A stretch of 61,961 bases of DNA, counting the filler, from Globobulimina sp. (lineage: Eukaryota), in assembly GCA_003354225.1 (NCBI GenBank). It is 19 parts of 19 records of this genome, joined end to end, with 100 filler letters (N's around TTAATTAATTAA, not from the genome) between each part and the next. Parts side by side here need not be neighbours in the genome. Positions count along the whole stretch, not along the records: positions 55,532 to 58,696 come from PIVH01003536.1; positions 58,797 to 61,961 come from PIVH01003537.1; 17 more parts are not named here. One strand, written 5' to 3'. The notes below the pieces were generated by a model, which was given only the letters and a program-made list of their open reading frames with translations, was not told the DNA's origin and did no database searches. The position numbers and the translations under genes were made by a program. Below are positions 57,462-61,961 of this stretch, piece after piece (the first letter of the stretch is position 1; every line of letters begins with the position of its first letter).

Positions 57462-58688
57462 ATGCAGATGATGATGACATTGACATTTTATTTTGTACTA
57501 TCATTATTAATTACAACCACAATGGGTTCATGCGGCTACATAGAATATATCGACGGCACTTATTTTCCGTTAGATGGTTGTATTAGTTATATGGGAATTT
57601 CATTATCATTCACATGCTCAAATCAACAACCTGTTATGATAGACTATTCAGAAGCAGACTGCCAAGGAATACCACTTCAGAACCCACTATACGGTTATTA
57701 TAATTATCAGTGCAATTCATCTGAAATATGTGATTATGTACAATATGGCATGTATCCAGCAGACATAAATGGAATTGATTGTAGCTCAATTGGTGACGCA
57801 CCGATTTCATTTCAAGTATTAATAAACCATTGTTATTATGACAGAACGAAAGGTAAATTCAGAATGGACACCTGTACAGATACCATTTACAATAATTTTT
57901 ATTATGACGATGACAAATGCAGTGGAGTACTTTCCAGGGCTGAGAGTTTACAAATAATCGACGAATGTAATCATGGATCAACGAATCAATACACCACTGT
58001 TCAAGAATGCACTGCTCCAATGAACCATATTTCCAATGAATGTGGGTACGTTCAACGGAAAAGAAGTTATTTGATTGAGCCATTGGACGAATGTATAACC
58101 AGTACTGCCCTATCTTTTTTATTGACATGTAATGGTTCTACGCCATTCGTATATTATTGGCATGATAATAGCTGTGGTGACTTTGCAACTGCTGATGGTA
58201 ATTTCGGTGTAGCTGCAGCATCATTCTCGTGTTCAACAAATAAATGTAGTCAAGCTACACTACAAACATACCCAACAAACAACTGTCAGACAATTACTCC
58301 CGATGTTGTATCCACATCAAGAACATATATCACAAATACATGTTTCAATTGGTTTGATTCAAACAATACGATGCTGTCAGAGATATATCATTGTTTTCAA
58401 GACCGTAATGGACAAACATGGCTATACGGTGTTGGTTATAATAAGCCGGATTGTGATGGTTCTGATGGTAGCTTTATTATAGTCAATTATACAGATCAAT
58501 GTGTGTTGACTGACACCAGTCGTTACATTATTCAATGTGATAATGTGTCGTTAACTGCTGCACCAACCGCATCACCAACAGCACCGATACGTGTCACCAC
58601 AACTTCCACATTAACAACCACTGCAGAATCAACAATATCCACTATACACACCACATCATTTGGAACAAGTCAAGCAATTGATAATTAA
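57462..58688 (+). CDS. Secreted/surface Cys-rich repeat protein with Thr-rich stalk
   Basis: Signal peptide, duplicated CGY....PLD.CI....S...TC module, APTASPT stalk; may continue past the contig end. Confidence 0.7.
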   Translation: MQMMMTLTFYFVLSLLITTTMGSCGYIEYIDGTYFPLDGCISYMGISLSFTCSNQQPVMIDYSEADCQGIPLQNPLYGYYNYQCNSSEICDYVQYGMYPADINGIDCSSIGDAPISFQVLINHCYYDRTKGKFRMDTCTDTIYNNFYYDDDKCSGVLSRAESLQIIDECNHGSTNQYTTVQECTAPMNHISNECGYVQRKRSYLIEPLDECITSTALSFLLTCNGSTPFVYYWHDNSCGDFATADGNFGVAAASFSCSTNKCSQATLQTYPTNNCQTITPDVVSTSRTYITNTCFNWFDSNNTMLSEIYHCFQDRNGQTWLYGVGYNKPDCDGSDGSFIIVNYTDQCVLTDTSRYIIQCDNVSLTAAPTASPTAPIRVTTTSTLTTTAESTISTIHTTSFGTSQAIDN

Positions 58689-58806
58689 GGGTTGTGNNNN
58701 NNNNNNNNNNNNNNNNNNNNNNNNNNNNNNNNNNNNNNNNTTAATTAATTAANNNNNNNNNNNNNNNNNNNNNNNNNNNNNNNNNNNNNNNNNNNNAAAA
58801 TCCTGA

Positions 58807-60037
58807 ATGACAATACATACAAATATTAACAATCCGCCGCAAATCAATAGTAATAATGGTATGGATATGGCAGAGTCGTGCGAAGAGTCTGATTTTTCAA
58901 CGCATGGATCCATGTCTAATGAGTCAGAATGCGGCGAAATGCCAAAGGTATGTTATTTTATACTGCGAGATATGTTATATTCTGCAGCGAAAACATTGTG
59001 AGCCAGGCTAGTAAAGCTAATTTTCGATCGCTTTTGGATAAAATCATGCCGATTTTACCACCGAAACGCAAGAAAGTAACAAAGAAAGGCAGTGCGAGAG
59101 CGGGGGAATCGTTTAAATGTACGCAATGTTGCAAAGTGTTTGATTGTAAACGAGGATTAAGGGATCATCTACGCAATAAACATAGTCACATATTTCAATG
59201 TTATCTTTGTGACAAAGGGTTTAAAACACAGAACCATTTAAAGACTCATATGATTCATAAGCATAGGATTCAATGTATTGTGCAGACACAGTCTCAAGTG
59301 AGCCATGTTGAAGAGAAGCCATTTAAAGTGTGTACTAAAAAAAAAACTTTGAACTTGAAACATTTCCTAATTTTGCATTTTGTTTTTTAAAGTGTGGGAA
59401 ATGTGGCAAGAAATTCAAATCGTTGGGTTACTTGCATGGGCATATGGATCGGATGCATGTTTCTGAAGAAAATAAGAAATTGAGCTTAGATAAACATGTA
59501 ACAAAAAGGCCATATAAATGTAGATATTGTAATCGCAAATTTACATTGAAACCACAGGCAAGAAAACACGAAAAAAAGATGCATTGCAATGACATGTTCA
59601 CTCAGAGACCCAAAGACAAACATTGTCCTAAAAAACCGTTAACGTCATACTTTTTATATTGTCGACGAGTGAGAGGGTCGATGATAAAGCGGGATCCTGG
59701 AAGGAATATGACGGAGGTTTCCAAGGACATTGGTAGGCGATGGAGAGCTTTGAGTGATACGGAAAGGCGAAAGTATCAAACTGAGGCAAATAACTCCTTC
59801 AAGAAATATCAAGTAACCTTGACTCGATATAAACAAACGAGGAAATACAAGAAATATGAAAAGAAATTGGCAAAATGGCAGAGCGAATGTAGTGGCAGGA
59901 AACGGAAACAACTTAGAAAATTAAAAAAGGAAAGTGCCCGCCTTGAGAAAATGTTGCAAGCTAAAAATGAGGACAATGATAGCGATTCTAGATCTGATTC
60001 AGATTTGATGTCTGGCAGTAGTTCCAGTTCTGATTGA
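58807..60037 (+). CDS. C2H2 zinc-finger plus HMG-box protein
   Basis: Four CxxC..H..H fingers over several exons (donor AAG|GTATGT at 58948), then HMG box PKKPLTSYFLY...MTEVSKDIGRRWRALSDTERRKY. Confidence 0.85.
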
Positions 60038-60301
60038 ATTTAAATGCAGTTTTTATATATATTTCTCCAATGTTAAAACTAATATTTCAGCTCGAGGATC
60101 CCCACTGGTTGACATTTGTACCATATTTTATGATCACATCATTGAACTGCGAACAGCTATATATATATGTTTGTTTATTCAGCGTCAGAAAATGTTGAAT
60201 TGTGTTTTTATTTTGGAAGCTAAAAATATTAGAAAAAGTTCTGACGCTCATTCTATCAAACATTTTACAAACAATAATTGTAGTTTTGTTTTACAAAAAA
60301 A

Positions 60302-61889
60302 TCAATCACAACGATACCCCATCCGATTACAATAACTCTTAACCTTTTCGCGTGTAACCTTCCTCTGCGCCAACTGCCGTATCTCCATTCGTTCATAATC
60401 CACAAACACTTTCTCGTACTCTTTCAACTCAAAATGATGTTTAAAACATGGCTTTGTATAACATAAATATCCGCCAATTTTGCAATCCACACAATCGGCC
60501 ATATTGCCGTCAGACATCTTCTCCTCAAATTCATTCAATATCTGATCGCAATCCAAGTTCTCGGCGGGTTCCCAGTTCGCTTCCTTCAAATCGTAGCCAC
60601 TCCATTCCACCAAATAATACACCAACTTGTTACCATCCTTCTCGCCAAACAATACCTTCTTTGAATGTATTTTACAAACATCAAAATCTGTGTCGATGTC
60701 CTTTTCCTCCTCTTCCTCCTCATCCTCTTCCTCTTCATCATCATTATAATTATCTAAGTCCTGCACAAATTGTTTTAGGTATGAAAATTCCGCATTTTTG
60801 CTCGCAATGAATGGCGTAGAGGCGGACAATTTGAACCTTTCATGCTTTTTCCATTCATACATATGTTTGGAACATATCCTATGACTCTGATACCACCGTT
60901 TACTTATATTATAATCAAGGTTTTATATTCATTTTGCAGACAGGTTGCAACATCAAACGGAATCTCCAAAATACAAAACCTTGGCAACGTACGTACCTTA
61001 CTCTCGTCCCGCAATATCGGCACCAATGCCGAGGCGTTTTATGCAATCCCGTACCTCCACAATACGCACTCCATTGGGTGTTGCCACACAAATATTTCAC
61101 TTTATGTTTCACGCATTTCTACACAAACAAAAATGTATAAATTGCAGTCGTTTTCGAACTTGAGGTAGTTAGACCACTTAACATCAAATAAACGCTTCTT
61201 TTCGGCATTCATACTGTCGGCGAAATTGATGGATGTGAGCCGGATGGGTCTCATTGGCGCTTCGTCCGAAAATGTATCCATTTCGCCACAGGAATCGCTA
61301 AAATCTTCCACCAGTCGCATTTTTTTATGCGAATTGGAGTTTGCTATGGCCAGAGGTATCCGTTTTCGTTTTCGTTTGTGCGAATGTGACGGTGATGGCA
61401 TGTACGAACTCGATAAATCACTGTCGGAATCTGAACATGTATCGAGTTCCATACATTGTTCTTGAATGTATCGCTCCGAAAGAGGTCCATTGCAATTCCT
61501 TAATAGATTTATATTGTTTTATATATTCATGATGGTGTATGAAATAAGTACCTTTTATTATGTTTGTGGTTTCTATGTGCCGTTAAACCGCGATATCCAT
61601 CAAACTGTTTGTCGCATTGCGAGCAATATCCGGCCTCTTTGCAGGTATCAGAATATTTATATTTTTTCAGTGGCGTTAATGCATTGTCATTATCATTGTG
61701 TATATCTTGCGGTGTTATAGCAGCAGGGGATGGATCCGGAGTGTATGCGGTGGGAAATGCATCGGGTTCAGATGTATAATTATCATTATTATTCGGTTTG
61801 GGATTCAGTGTGGAAATGGATGGGATATCGGCATCGAAGGGTAGTAGCCACGACAATCGCTTATCGGTGAAATCTACACAAAAATCCAT
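60302..61889 (-). CDS. Chromodomain protein with zinc-finger motifs, possibly degenerate
   Basis: C2H2 finger CSQCDKQF..HRNHKH, then HWCRYCGTRVR, chromodomain YYLVEWSGYDLKEANWEPAENL and CVDC..YLC..PCFKHH. Exon joins around 60900-60990 do not restore the frame cleanly. Confidence 0.6.
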
Positions 61890-61961
61890 ACGTTCTGTAT
61901 GTAGAAAATTTCAATTTCAGTTTGAAAATGAATCATACTCAAAAAATATAAAAATAGATTG

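Overview
The window is not one locus. It is 19 unrelated contigs of 3165-3168 bp, sorted by length and joined by 100-bp N-TTAATTAATTAA-N spacers, so synteny only holds within a contig. Most contigs are AT-rich eukaryotic DNA with short GT-AG introns. Three retarian-type beta2-tubulins point to a foraminiferan. One contig (3269-6436) is a Polinton/adintovirus-like fragment. The main finding is two unlinked tRNA-scaffolded RNA genes (10274-10478 on -, 50705-50939 on +). They have covarying tRNA stems, a shared A19-U56 tertiary swap, oligo-T terminators, and a 121/163-nt structured insert in the anticodon loop carrying the same ordered motifs. The second finding is that all three degenerate beta2-tubulins carry a ~30-aa 'GYIR..IP..I..LC..Y'-type motif, each at a different position; the motif also begins two other ORFs. 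Also present: a TTAA-flanked foldback MITE beside an orphan phosphomevalonate-kinase fragment, a dynein stalk gene that stops after the stalk, a CaaX-tailed penicillin acylase and a frameshifted membrane-anchored MACPF gene. All calls come from motif recognition by eye; no searches were run.
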